Assembly (NCBI GenBank): GCA_046563655.1
Contig: CM102284.1
Span: 8,804,001 to 8,868,000 of the forward strand
Reading direction: 5' to 3'
From: Yuukianura sp. NJ FZ-2021
Taxonomy: Eukaryota
Length of the DNA: 64,000 bases
This document shows, one piece after another, positions 35,301 through 48,160 of this stretch. How positions within the stretch are numbered: position 1 is the first letter of the stretch; every line of letters begins with the position of its first letter. A program made the position numbers and the translations under genes. The notes beneath the pieces were generated by a model, which did not search any database, was not told where the DNA came from, and saw only the letters and a program-made list of their open reading frames with translations.

Positions 35301-38300
35301 AGAGTAGAATCCATTGAGTCCATAATCCGTAATTTTTAGAACCCACCGAGCATCCACTACGCAGTTATGTGAAGTGAGACATCCATGCACCTTCACAAAA
35401 CTAAGGTGCAAGTAACGCATTCCCTAAGCAAATAAACGTTTATTAGCCTCCATTACCTTTCACTTCCACCTACATAACCTTACATGATCCTACATAAAAC
35501 ATAACTTTACATAAAACATAACGTAGCTGGTTAGGCTAACTATAAAACCCTAAAGCCAATGAGGTTTAGACGATTAGGATTGTTCGACACGAGAAAAAGA
35601 GAAAGTACGGGAGAAAGTGATTTTAACTTGCGAAAAAAAAACAATCTTTACATGCACAATTTCTAATAAATGTTCCTAAATTTTCAAATTTTGTGAACCC
35701 CATTTGGAATTTCATTGAGAAAATGCAATTTTTTTTTTCAAATTTGCGTTCTCTGCTTTTACTTTCAATGGGAATGGGATTTCGAAAAAGTGAATAGACC
35801 TATTAATGTCGTAACCCAAGAAGAAAAAGTGAAAAGTCTGATTTTAAGTGGTAACTTTCAACTTTCACTTTCCTTTTTCCAAATGTTCAAAGTTTGAAAT
35901 GTGATTTGAGGAAAAATTTTAAATGAAAAAAAGACGTCATCTACAGACATAACAGAAAGTTTGAAATTCTAAATTGAGACGCTTGATTGCCTCTCTGACC
36001 TCATTTTTTGGTGATATGAAGGTGAAAATATAAAAAATGTTAGGTTTTTTTTTTCGAAAGCGTAATTTTGACTTCTTTTTTTTCAAAAATGTAATCTTGA
36101 TTTCAATTTGATGGAGCGGGACAATAGTTGCAGGAAATGAAATAAAAGGAAATTGGATTTAGAAGAAAATGAGAGAATGGAGGAGAAAGTGACCAAAATT
36201 TCGAACTCTAGTGACCAAAAAACGACTTTTTTGATTTTTTTTTTCAAAAATTGAAAAACTTACTCGAACTAAATCGGTGAGTAGAGAGAGCTTAAAGGCC
36301 CAATCCAATTTGATATCATTTTGTTGCAAAATTTCATACAGAGATCCACGAGAGCAGTATTCCCACACAAGTGCTGGGCGTGGTTCAGTCAAGCAGCCTA
36401 ACATTGCCGCCACATTTTCATGTCGGAGTCCATTCAACTGAAATTCAAAATTTCAAAAATCTTTTCCAAAAACTAAAAAATTTTGGTTTTCTTACGTTTT
36501 CCAAAACACTCATTCCCTTCATCTTAATTTGAAGAGACTCCGTTCCTCCTCCTCCGAGTTTTCTCAAGTGTACTAAATCCCCCTGTGTTCAAAAAAATTC
36601 AAACTTGATTAAAATTGTTCCAGAATTGAGCTTTTTGTGCAAAAATTTTTGCATAACGAAATTATGCTCCACCTCCTCGTTTGCTAATTTGAACGAGAAA
36701 CGGAGCTTGTTCTGTGAAGCGTGTGACACGCTTTCCCTCTTTTTAAATTATTCTCTTCACTTTTTGTTCTTTTTTAAAGAGTTTTTTTTTAAAAAGAGAA
36801 AGTTAACAATACCCTAGAGAACAAGCAAATTGGAAACACTGCTGTCGTTTTTTGAAAAAGTGGAGGAGGGTGTTTTAAATTTTGAAAAGCCAGCATCAAG
36901 TGGAAGTCAATTCGGAAAAAAACAGAAAGTAGAACAAGCAGCGCCATTCTTAAAGCTTCCGGCGTCTCTTCAGTGTTGAATGCAAATGATTATTTCAATT
37001 CCCACGCTAAATTTCAGAAATTTTACTTTACACACAAAAAAAAAACGAAGATTAATTCAAAAATTGGAGTTTTAATTTCTGCTTTCTTGGACTTTCTAAC
37101 TCAATTTTGTAAACGTGACGAACAAAGTTTCAATTCTTTTTAAACGTTTCAATTCTAGCTTTGTTTTGTGAATTTCTTAGCAGAATTTAAAGAAGTTTGT
37201 ACAAAAGACGCTTAATTTGATTTCAATTAAAAAGAAAATTCGATTTTTTTTTCATTTCAACTGAATGATTCAATTTAAACTTTCTCTTTGTCTATTTTGC
37301 CTTTTTTGTCTTCTTTTGTGTCGTTTTTATGTATTTCGTCTTCTTCTATGTCGTTTTGTGTAATTTTTAGATTTCATGAAAGCTTGAACACTGTCAAATG
37401 AGTTGCTACGACAAAATGGCGACGATTTGACTTTCACGGCGTAAATTTGTTTGAAAAATGTCGCGTTTTGGCGCTTGTGATTTCAAATTTTTGCCGTGAC
37501 TCCGATGCGTCTTGCTCTGCACAGCAATATTCAGTTCCTGTAGAAATTTTAAGTAACCAACTGCATGTCACAAGACACAAATTCTGTGAAAAACCGAAAC
37601 GACTAAAAAAAATCGTGTCACCGAGAGGTAATGACATTTTATTATACTAGGTCAACCTCAAAAATTTGAAATTCTTCAACTTCAAAAATTTGACATTCTG
37701 AAATTTTGAATTTCAGAACCCCGAGAAAGTGAAATGTCCTTGGCACAACCAGAGACGTATATTCCGAAATGCAATAAATCGTGGAATCGCATTCCAAATC
37801 CATGGACTCTCAAGACGTTAGCACTCAAAAGCATTCTACGCAGCCTCAGTTGCGTCAAACATCCGCTAAGACACGCAAAAGGGGCGGAGTTTCGAGAATA
37901 CTTGGCAGAAAATTTACTTCCGGAATTTTTTGACGATTTGATTCGCGTTGCTCACTTCAATATGCTCAAACCAGAGAGTATGGTCAACGTCCTCCATGCA
38001 GTTCCACCTAGAGTCTATGCAACCTGTGTCGATCTACTTGGATTCTACGAGTAACTTTCAAAAAATTCGAAATTTTCAAAATTTTCAAATTTTCAAAATT
38101 TTGATTTTTGGAATCCTAGGGGCACGGAGTGCTGCAAACCTGACAGCAGTTTGAACTGGATCTTTGGATTTTTGCCTGACATTTGCTTGGGGACTTCAGC
38201 GATGACCAAATTGGTGAACCTTCTGCTAAAACTTGACCTCTCAAAAATTCAAACCATCCGCCTCTGGGCTAAAGACCGAGCTATCAAGGACTCTTACTTT

Positions 38301-41300
38301 CCTCATGTGCTGACCAAAGTGGTCAACCTCACGTCGTTGACCATTCGCGGAGACGTTAACGACCATTTCCTGAGAGTTTTGGGGTCAACATGTCACAGTT
38401 TGCGGTCATTAGATGTTGAAAGGTCAAGCAAAATCACACGTTTGGGACTGTTTAACATGGTGCTTCAGAAGGCTATCAGTGGCCGAACTCCATTCATACC
38501 CATAGCCGTTATGTTGGCACGTGACCGTCGACCAATCGCTGCATCGCTCCAGTACATGAGCCTGACCATTGGAAATATCGGATTGGACAATTTGGAAATC
38601 ATGGCGCGACTTTTGAATTCTTACTTGGCCACTACTCTCCCGGAAGCCAAAATGTTCAAATTCGGGTCAACCATGGGTCAAGATCTATTCGTCGGGTCAA
38701 CGGTCAGTCAGCATCTCAAAATATGGTCAGCCATGAGTCAAATGTTGACCCCCGGGTCAACCATAAGTCAGCATTTGGACGGCGGGTCAACGACGGGTCA
38801 AAATTTGGCCGCCGGGTCAACGACGGGTCAACATCAAAGGTCAAGGGTACCTCAAACCCTTGTGCCCTTGGAGTTCAACCTGCCTTGGAGCCCTGCATTA
38901 GAGGTCATTGACCTCCTCCGGGTCAAATTTGCAAACTGGATGTCACATGACCTTTGGCCTTCAGTTAGGGACATCCTGACCTTCACCTTGCTACATATCG
39001 GAGACTGCCAATTGGATGTCTACCGGAGTCCAATCGACCAATCACTGTTCATCTACGCTCATCGAACTTCGGGCCAATTTCTGCACGTTTTCTACAAAGT
39101 GGCTCCCTCTGTCGGCGTAACTCACTTGACTTCATACTGGGACACTTTTACATGGGATGTGGGCCAAGTCTGTCAACTCTCGGACATTGTCGTCCATGCT
39201 CCAAATCTAGAAAATCTCCAAGGACGGATCACCGGAATCTGGGCCGGCGCGAACCAAATTTTTCCGCGCCTGACGCGCGTCCAGTGCTGGATTCTGGACG
39301 ATGCTACGCTCATTTCTATGCTCCAACTTTGCCCAAACTTGAAATATCTGGATATCAAAAACGTCCGGGCAGTTGAGCATGATCCAAATGACCCGCCATT
39401 GCCAATTTTAAATGACGAAATGCTTTCAAGACTGTTTCAAGTGAACCCTGACCTCTGGCCAAACATGATTGAATTTTTGGTCCGACCAACCAACTTGACC
39501 AAACAGAGTGCCCTGGACATGACCAAAATGTGTCCAAAACTACTAAGACTCGGTGACCTCGAATGCTGGGACATCACGACAGAAGAAATCAAAGAACTGA
39601 ACAAAATACTGTTCAATTCTCGGTCGCAGTGTTCTCTCGTCGTCCTCAGTTTTCCACCACAACGCAACTTCTAAACACAAGCTCAAGTATCAAGTTTTCC
39701 AATTTCAAAATTTTTGAAGAATGCATCAAAATGAAGTTTGATTTTAAAATTTCGCTTTTCTTGAAATTTCAGAACATACTTCATCCAAAGTGTAACTCTA
39801 AACCTAATGCTCAACCAAAAACTGACAACGAAATCATCGTCTCAAATGGATTTCTGCTACAACTGACAACGGTTCCTCTCAAACTTTCTAAATTTGGAAA
39901 ACTTTGAAATTTTGAGAATCTAATCTAATTTTTTTCAAAATTTTGATTTTTAGACGTGATTTTACTTTTGAAAAGCAAGAAAATACGAACCATGGAATTC
40001 GTTGAACCTGAAAAATACAAATTCGTACGAAATTTTTTTGTAAACTAGAAAGTTAAGTGTGAATCAAAAATTGCTAATAAAATCGTATTTCCAAAAAATT
40101 CAAAATGTTCAAAATTCTGAAACTGTTTCAAAATCTTCAAAACTGTAAAACTCATTCTTTTTACCTTGTACCGTGCCTTGTTGTCTCCAGGAAAAGAGAT
40201 GGAGTCTGTTTTGACTAGATTGGAGGCACTTGAGTGTTTGCGTAGTGGACCATGCGGTACTTTCAGCAAATCAGGTTTCTCCTCTGGCCCACAAATTCCA
40301 GCCGCATTCCCACCAGTCAAACTGCAACTGAATGGCAGCGGCAACTGTTCAAAAAATTCGAAATTTCAAATTTTGAACTACTTAAAGTAAAAAAAAGGTA
40401 GCCTCGGACGCTAGCACGCCATTACGACGAACGAATTGCTCCGAAACCAATTCCTCCGAAAGGTAAATTCTTAGGTAAAGCTGCATCTAAAAGCACTATT
40501 GAATTTTTCGACATTACGTCTACGGCTGGATATCCAGTGGAAGAAATGGACGAAATGGATAAATCCAAAGGGCGGAGCTCTGCCCGCAGGGTTTGAATTA
40601 ATTAAATCCAAAAAACTTAAACAAGTCAAAACATCGTTCAAAAGCGAAGGAAATATCGTTTTTGTGAGTCTTAAATAAGTAATTCATTCTAACGATGAAA
40701 AAAAACTCTTTCTCATATCATTCTGTAATTTTAAATTTGAATTTATTTTGAATTTGGCTCTAAATTCTTCATTTCGAAGGGTGGAGCAACTGGTTTTGTA
40801 GCAATTCATTCCGAGCAATGTGCTTCGGAGCAATTCATTCGGAACAATTTGCTTCGGAGCAATGGCATGGAACTGCCCGAGCCGTTCGAATATCCTAACA
40901 TAAACATATTGCTTAGTTTTTAAGTAATCTTTGGTATCAAAAATTATCGGAGAAAGTCTAGCATGAATAGAGTCAAGCTGGAAGTTGATGTTTGTCACAA
41001 AGAGAAAGTTTGCAGCCTGTGGGTGTAGTGGAATCCAAAAAACTAAAAATTGAAAAAAAAATCGAAAAGACTAAAAAAGTGTAAAAAATGTTGAAAATGT
41101 TTGAACAGGAGTGACTTGCTGTTGACTGTGGCTCCATATTTGGGAATGAATTTGTTTACTTTCTCCCTTCGGCCTCAAAAGAAGATTGATTTCCTTTTCC
41201 TCGCTTTGCTACAAAGGAACTTTTATTTATTCTTTCCCCCGCACCAATTCCGTAGAGAAAACCTTAAAAGAAGAATGACGCGCGAAAGGCGCGAAAAAAA

Positions 41301-44300
41301 AACATTTGAAGCTAAAAACAGAATTGGAAGAGAAAGTAACCGGAATTGGCCTCTTCTCGTTTCTTTCGTATTAGGAGTGACGTACAAGTACTACTCAAGC
41401 TGTCAGCGTGAGAAAAATGTATTAAAATATATTAATACAATATAATAAATAATTACCTTCCTCCCAATCTCCTCATTGGCTAAGCCCATAGAACCAAACA
41501 CAATGTCATTTGAAGTGAGCAGGATTTTGTACGGACCTTGATTTCTCTGTCTCCGAGACATTTTGCGCTGAATGGATCCATAGAAAGAGTCACGCGAACG
41601 GTGTCTAAAATTTCGAAAAAATCAATTTTGAGAAAATTTCAAAAAAGTGAGAAAGTAGTTTCGAAATTTTGGTTTCAGCCTAACCTGGCATAAAGTGAAA
41701 GTCCGATGACGCTGAAGATGAATAGAGCAAGGAGAAAGATTGCAATGAGAACCTGGACCCACGTGTGAATTGCAATTGTCGTCAAGTCTGTTTAAAATTT
41801 GAAAGTTTCAAAATTTCGAAATTTTGAAAAAAAAAATGTTTTGGAGAACTTGAAAAACGAGGTGAAAGCACTTTAGATTTCCGCAACTTTTGAAATTTCG
41901 AAAGAGAAAACAAAGAGGATTTGGAGCATAAATAACTTTTGTGCTACACACAAACAAAAAAGAAGGAAAAGTTAGGAAAACAAAACAAATACTGTGAAAG
42001 CAACAGGATCAAAAAAAAGTTGTGTCTCAAAGAGAGAGTAAAATTTTGAAATTTTTCACTTTCGCCACTTTCACGTTTGAGTTTCAACTTTCCTTTTGTG
42101 TTTTTTCAGTTCCCGGAACGTTTCCACTTCAAAATATGTCGAAACCAAGGAAAACTGAAACTTTTGTGGCTTTTACACAACTTTCCCAAGGGACTTCAAT
42201 TAGAATAAATAATGTAAACCTGATCCCTTCTGCAACTCTGGAAAAGTAAAAATTTTCAAAAAAAAAAGTGTATTCTTTTTTACTTTTTCAAAAAGAACTT
42301 TTCAGTTTTCAAAATTGGTGAAAGTTGGTAGCCAAATTCAGACGGAAAAAACTGCCTAAAGAAAGCAAAAAAAAGTTTGTTTGGTTTTCATTACTTTCAC
42401 TTTTCGCTGTGTGGGCAGCAACATCAGTGTGGTTTCCGTAATTGTTATTAGGTTGGCCAGACTTTACGTTAGGCTAACTTACTCTGAGATTAGGTTAGTT
42501 AGGTTTATGTTAGGCTAACTTTGAGATTAGGTTAGCCTAACTTTTGTTTTTCTGCAGGAATTAGATCCAGAAAGTTACTAGGTTTGGGCAGAATGAGGAA
42601 CAGAAAATGACTCCCTCCTGGGAAATCTTATGAGAATGATCATTCAGTTTCTCTTGACTGAGACTTAGCACGTCCAATTGTAAACCTAATGCTAAGGTGT
42701 TAATGTTTATTTTTATACTTATATGAATAAAATAAGTACCCCCTTGGACAGGCTAAGGGAGGGGGGCCCTTGATTACCTTCTGGTTTCGTGTGGAGTGGA
42801 GTGGGCACAGTTCGGTCTGACTTTCTCCTTGGAACCTTGTCTCCATTGGATAGATTTATGAGGGGGTGCCATCTGAAGAGGAAAACAAAGAAACTTCATA
42901 ACTAATGACTTTGGAGAAATTTATTACACAAAAAGTTAGGTTATGTTAGGCTAACCTTGCTTGTTCGTATTGAGACAGAGAAAAATAGAAAGAGAGGAAA
43001 GAGTGATGGGGTTTCTGCAGTGAAGGGGTGCTCCCTTCAGTCGTATATTTTGACACTGGACCCCAGGTTTGACCCCTTAAAGTCCCCCCGCGACCCATCT
43101 CCAGCCGAATCCTCACGCTTTTTAATATCATTTGAGCTAAAAGGGATTCCTGAAATCAAAATTTGGAAAAAAGGAATTTAGAAATCTGGTGAAAGTTCTT
43201 TCTCTAAACACAAATTTCAGTCCAAAATTATAAAATGGTGGTAAAACTAACAATTTTTTTAGTTTTTGAGTACTTACGATCATTTTTGCGAGGAGACTTG
43301 AAGAGCCCTCAGACCGTGACCCTTGACCTCCAGCATACAAGTTTGGATCTGCCCAGCCAGATCTTAGCGTAGGTGACGAAGGTGGGAACGGATGCTGATT
43401 GGTCACGAGCCCCAAAGTGGACACTTCTGGACTAAAGATGTCCAGGGGCAGGGGCCATTCAGGCAGCAACACGAGGGGGACTCTGCGAAAAGACGTTGTG
43501 GGGCCCTTATCAAGGGCTCCTCCTGGGATATGTTCTTTGCTAAATAAAGTATCTTGGAATCCATTCGCATACGAAATGCACAGGAAAAGATCTGGAAATT
43601 TAAAGAAAAACGACCTTTTTTAAAAAAAAAGTTTGAGTCAATTTCGGCTCAACTTTCACTGTAAAGTGAAAGACTTTCATTTTCTTCCGGCCCACGAACT
43701 CCCAAATTTCAAAGGGAATTGAGAATCATTCCAAGTGAAAGTTTCAAAGAGGAAGCTTCTCTCGCCAAATCGAATGCATAAGGGATCCATTGTTTATTAT
43801 TCGTTGGCTGTAGTTAGGCTATGTTAGGATTGTTAGGCTATTCTGAAATTGTTAGGTTAGACTATGTTAGTTGATATGGAATTGGAAGGAAGGCATTTAT
43901 CAAAGCCCATTTCCAAGTGGATGAGCAGAGAGAGGGGCTGTGGTCAGGGGCGCCTGTAACGACTTCCAAACTCCACAACTTTCTCCATTTCAAACTCGCA
44001 TTTCCATTGAGCAGACACAGAACCCAGTCAAGCAGTCGCTCCAAACCAGACGAAATCAGAAAAGGCTTCTCAAAAACGAAAAAAAAAGTTCATAAATGAG
44101 CTAAAATATGACTAGACTCGTGGATTTTACTTAAAAGGAAATGTTTGCAATGAGGAGCTAAGAGCAGCTGTAACAATTCGGCTTAGAATTTTGGAAAATA
44201 GAAAATTTTTCTAACCATGCTTTTTTTTTTCAAAAGTAAATACCGTAGAAAGTTAGAAGGGATGTGTTGAAAAAAAACATATTTTGGAATTTTTGAAATT

Positions 44301-47300
44301 TTTCATAAATTAGGAAAATACACTTGAGTGATTTTCTCAGCCTAATCGTGACTTTTCCAAAAGTCCTACTGCAGAAAATTAGAAGGTGTGATGCTGTTTT
44401 AAAAAACAATATTTTGGAATTTTGAAAATTTCTCAAAAATGAGGAAATTACATTTTAGTATAATTTTCTTTTGAAAAATTTCAATTTCTCATGATTGAGG
44501 AAACTACGGTTTAGATTCGCCCAAAAAACCGTAAACTAAAAAACTTGAGAGTAATGCAAATTAATTAACTACTATAATTATTTTATGCAATTGCGGAATT
44601 ACACCTCACCAGTAACTTTTCATTAGTACTACTGATAGATTTGTGAAAAACGGAAAAGTGTTGGTATGACTTTTTGAAAAACGTTAGAAAGTGAAAGCTG
44701 GAGAAAACTCGAAAATGAAACGGCTTGAACACAGCACCAAACTGTGTTTCTTTCGTTTTTTTTTAAATGCAATTTTGAGCTGGGAAGCTCAAATTAATTA
44801 AAAGTCGTTATAAGCGATGATGATGGTGGTAAGGTAAATATTTGCTGAGGGTTTTACACGCGGATTTCTCTTTGTAGCAGAACTCCGTCAATTTCATTTG
44901 AATTGTTAAATCCCATAAACCAAACAAAACCAAAAGACTGTTCCTGCTCAGACGCAAGTTGAGAAAGTTGAGGCGGAAGTTTCTGAATTTTGAATAATGA
45001 AGAAAGGCCCTCAAGGGGAAGTGAAAGTTACACGTTCATTAGCAGGCAAGGCAGCTTACACTTCCGCTTCCTTTCTTCTTTCTTTCTTTAAAGGAAACGC
45101 GCTCTACCCGAATTTTCTTGTTTCCGCAAAACACGTCTCGACCTGCACCACTCTCCTGTGACATATCACTTTCATTTTCACACTTCCGTTTTAAACAGAA
45201 AGTCAAAAAACGTAAGCAACTCTTCCACTTTTTCGAAATTGAACTTCTCTTGCCCAAATTCAACTTTTTTAGCACCTCATCCAAGGTTCCCTGACAACCG
45301 AATTGTATTTCCTACAACAGGTTGTCGTTGTCCAGTAACCCAGGGTTTTCAAAAATCTTCCCTCAAACAACTTTTAGCACCAATCCCATTTACATTTCAT
45401 GCAACATGCAACAATTACAAACGAAAGGCAAATTTTACAACTTTAAAATAAATTTTTAAACGTCGAGTTATTGGACAACCTGGTGTAGAAAAAGTTTTCT
45501 TTCTTTTTTTAAGAACCTTGACCTCATCCAAAATTTGTGCTGTGAACGTAACGAAAAACTTATACAAATAATATCACTTTCTTTTTTTTTTTAATTTATT
45601 TTCGTCCTTTTTCCCTCTCTATTTTCACTTTTCTTTGAAACGTTTTATGTGCCGTAGGTTTCTGACTTTATTATTTCTCGTAGCACCAAATATTGCAAAA
45701 CTTCTCTCAATATTTTTTGTTACACTTTTGAAAAAAACGGCGTAGTACAAAGTGTGTTTATTTTCAGCAAATCTGGAAAGTCCAAAGCAAGTTTCTCATA
45801 TCCGCTCTCCTCTCTTTCCTTTACTGTTCAAACCAATAATTCCCTGAAAGAACAAAGAGAATTCCAGGGGCGGGAGATTTCGGGGGTTAAATTCCGGGGG
45901 GAAAGCGACTAAAAGCTTTTCTTATTCCGGTGCCCAAAGAAACGGAAGTTCTCCCCGCCACTTGATTCAAATCAAAATCAAACAATACGGAGAAAGAAGG
46001 AGAAAGTGAATTGGAAATACGAGGAATCTGTGGTCGTAAGGGAACAAAGTACACTGGAATTTATAACCCTTTGTTTTCCCCGGGCTTTAAGCAAAAGGCG
46101 GCAGAAATTGAAATTGGGATTCCGGAAGACACCCAGTTTTAGAACCTCATAATTTCCCAACGGAATTTCCAGAACCTCTCTTTTGTTTTGTCTCTCAAGT
46201 TTTAATTAAATTTGATTAAATATAGTATTAATTTAATTTAATTTAAGATTAATTATTAGTTTAATTAAACTTACTGTCGATAGAAGTGGCTACAGAGGCA
46301 TAGACTTGCATCTGATCCAAATCTTCATAATTTCCTAAAATTACGACACTCACGTTGTCTTGTGGTTGGTGAAAGTAGAATTCCTGCAGCTGAATCCCAA
46401 GCTCGTCACAAAAGGAACTCGTGTCTAAACAAAGTTCAAGTTTTCCAAATTTTGAAAAACGAAAGTTTCTTTTCAAGTTTCAAAATTATAAACATGTTTT
46501 TTGATTTACTTTCACAATCTGAAATTTCAAATTTATATTTACCGGTTCTGGATTTTACGAAAGCAACTTTCCTCCAATTAAAATAAGTTACGAGACGTTG
46601 TACGGCTCCAATCACATCAGAATTTTCTGGTTTCAGTGAAATCACTCCAGGAATCTTTTAAAAAAACACAAAATTCAACATGTTTGAACGCCACTTTGAA
46701 GAAAAAGTTTCCAATCTAGCATTTAAAACCGAAAAAAAGTTACGACTTCGCTTGTTTGGTTAGAATTTTAACTCTTTTCAAAAGATGCAAAAACAGAAAG
46801 TGAAAGTTAAGAAATAGATTTTTAGATTTTTAGGAAAGATCTAAATCTGCCTTTCAAAAACACAAATCTGTTCAAGTCCCGTCTAAGATTTTTAGTCTTT
46901 TGAAAAACTATTTTCGAAAAACAAAAAGTCGGAGTAAATGAATTCTTTTGTGGTTCTATCATCCGTGTTGAGATAAGAATTAGAAAGGAAAGTGAAAACC
47001 TGAAAAAATTGTTTTTGGCAGTGTTAACTAAGCTAGTCTGAGCCAATTGTGTTCCTAATTGCCCATTGTCTCAAGTATTCCTTTTCTTCCTCCCTCCTCC
47101 TTCCTCCTCCTCCCACCCTCCTCCTCCTCCTCCACTGCTCAAATAAAGTTGGTTTTGAGCTTACCCTGGGACATGTCCATGAAATGAACAGTTTCTGCTT
47201 CAGTTGACACGCTGAGGCAGCGGTGGGGCAGAAGTGGGGCTCTAATGAACCCACCATTGTTCCCGGTGGCTCAGAGTACGCCAGAGAAATAAATTTCAGC

Positions 47301-47713
47301 AGCCCTTCACTCCCATCGCAGATTTCTAAACAACAACAAAAAGCAGAGAAATTTCATTTTATATGTGTCACACACACGACATCCATTTTTAACACTTTTT
47401 CATAACATGTCTTTTCAAAATTTTGAAATTTTAGAATTTTGATACCTTCAGGTCCCAGAATATTAATCAAAACACGACTGTTTTCGTCCCGTATGCCGAG
47501 ATGTACTGTTTCATGGATCCAAGTGAGATTGACTCTTACAGTTGGTGGCAAATGACAAATTTCGGGAATGACAACGTTAAAGTCAGACGTGCAGAGTTGG
47601 GCACTGACGAGCAGAAAGTAGAAAACACCCGTTGCTCCTTTACTCTTCCCACACCAATCCTCTGACAACAACGGACACGCCGGGAAAGTTGTGCGATGAG
47701 GAAAACTTAACAT
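32364..47713 (-). CDS. Receptor-type (single-TM) guanylyl cyclase with diverged extracellular domain, kinase-homology domain and cyclase domain; >20 exons
   Basis: In-frame exons 47713-47446, 47325-47165, 46654-46543, 46424-46275, 43591-43278, 42872-42778, 41787-41685 (TM), 41604-41457, 40344-40165, 36582-36496, then onward. Motifs [88 protein letters not shown]. Start codon inferred. Confidence 0.92.
37734..39674 (+). CDS. Nested antisense gene in a guanylyl cyclase intron: BC-box-like N-terminus + LRR/RNI-like repeats (~623 aa); exons 37734-38050, 38120-39674
   Basis: Phase-2 GT-AG intron joins the two ORFs. [13 protein letters not shown] resembles an Elongin-C-binding BC-box. LRR-like [48 protein letters not shown]. 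Lies within host intron 36583-40164. Confidence 0.8.
38664..38843 (+). repeat. Coding 30-bp tandem repeat x6 (GST-x-[GS]Q-x-L-x-x)
   Basis: GGGTCA/TGGTCA recurs at 38664, 38694, 38724, 38754, 38784, 38814. Confidence 0.8.
40415..40873. mobile_element. MITE family B copy, apparently interrupted by a second repeat related to 13760-13930
   Basis: Left arm CGAACGAATTGCTCCGAAA..GAAAGGTAAATT and right arm TTCGGAGCAAT..GGCATGGAAC match the ends of 59161-59496 in the opposite orientation. The middle matches the Fsn/Dp element. Confidence 0.6.
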
Positions 47714-48005
47714 TGCATCAGTCCTCACTTTCACTTTACACCAATTCCACACAAGTTAGCGATTTTCACAGTCACGTGACACGATTTTCACAAAAATCAC
47801 ATTACACGATTTTCACACAGTCAAAATAGCCGACTTTTCACCGACTTTCACCGTTTTACACTTTTTAGTCAAAATTTCAAGTTTCGGCGCCAGTCACAAT
47901 TTTCTCCAAATTTCGTTTCCACGAGTTCAGCTTTTTAGTTACAACGTACCCGTCGAATTCGTTCACCTGCAAGGTTGTATAAATCGGAATTTTGTTTTTT
48001 TTTTC

Positions 48006-48160
48006 TTAACAGGTTATGCCATACCTCCTGTTTTTAAAAAATTGGTTTGATTTTTTTTTCTGAAAACGTTGACCTCGCGCCATGTTAAGCAAACTGGATT
48101 GGTACAAAATTTGTTTTTTCGTATTTTTTTTTAAAAAGAGAGTTATGGTATAACCTGTCA
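48006..48160. mobile_element. Diverged TTAACAGGTT-terminated MITE (family C-like), in a probable 5'UTR intron of the cyclase gene
   Basis: TTAACAGGTTATGCCATA ... TATGGTATAACCTGTCA inverted ends; lies between a donor at 48201 and an acceptor at 47967 on the minus strand. Confidence 0.5.
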
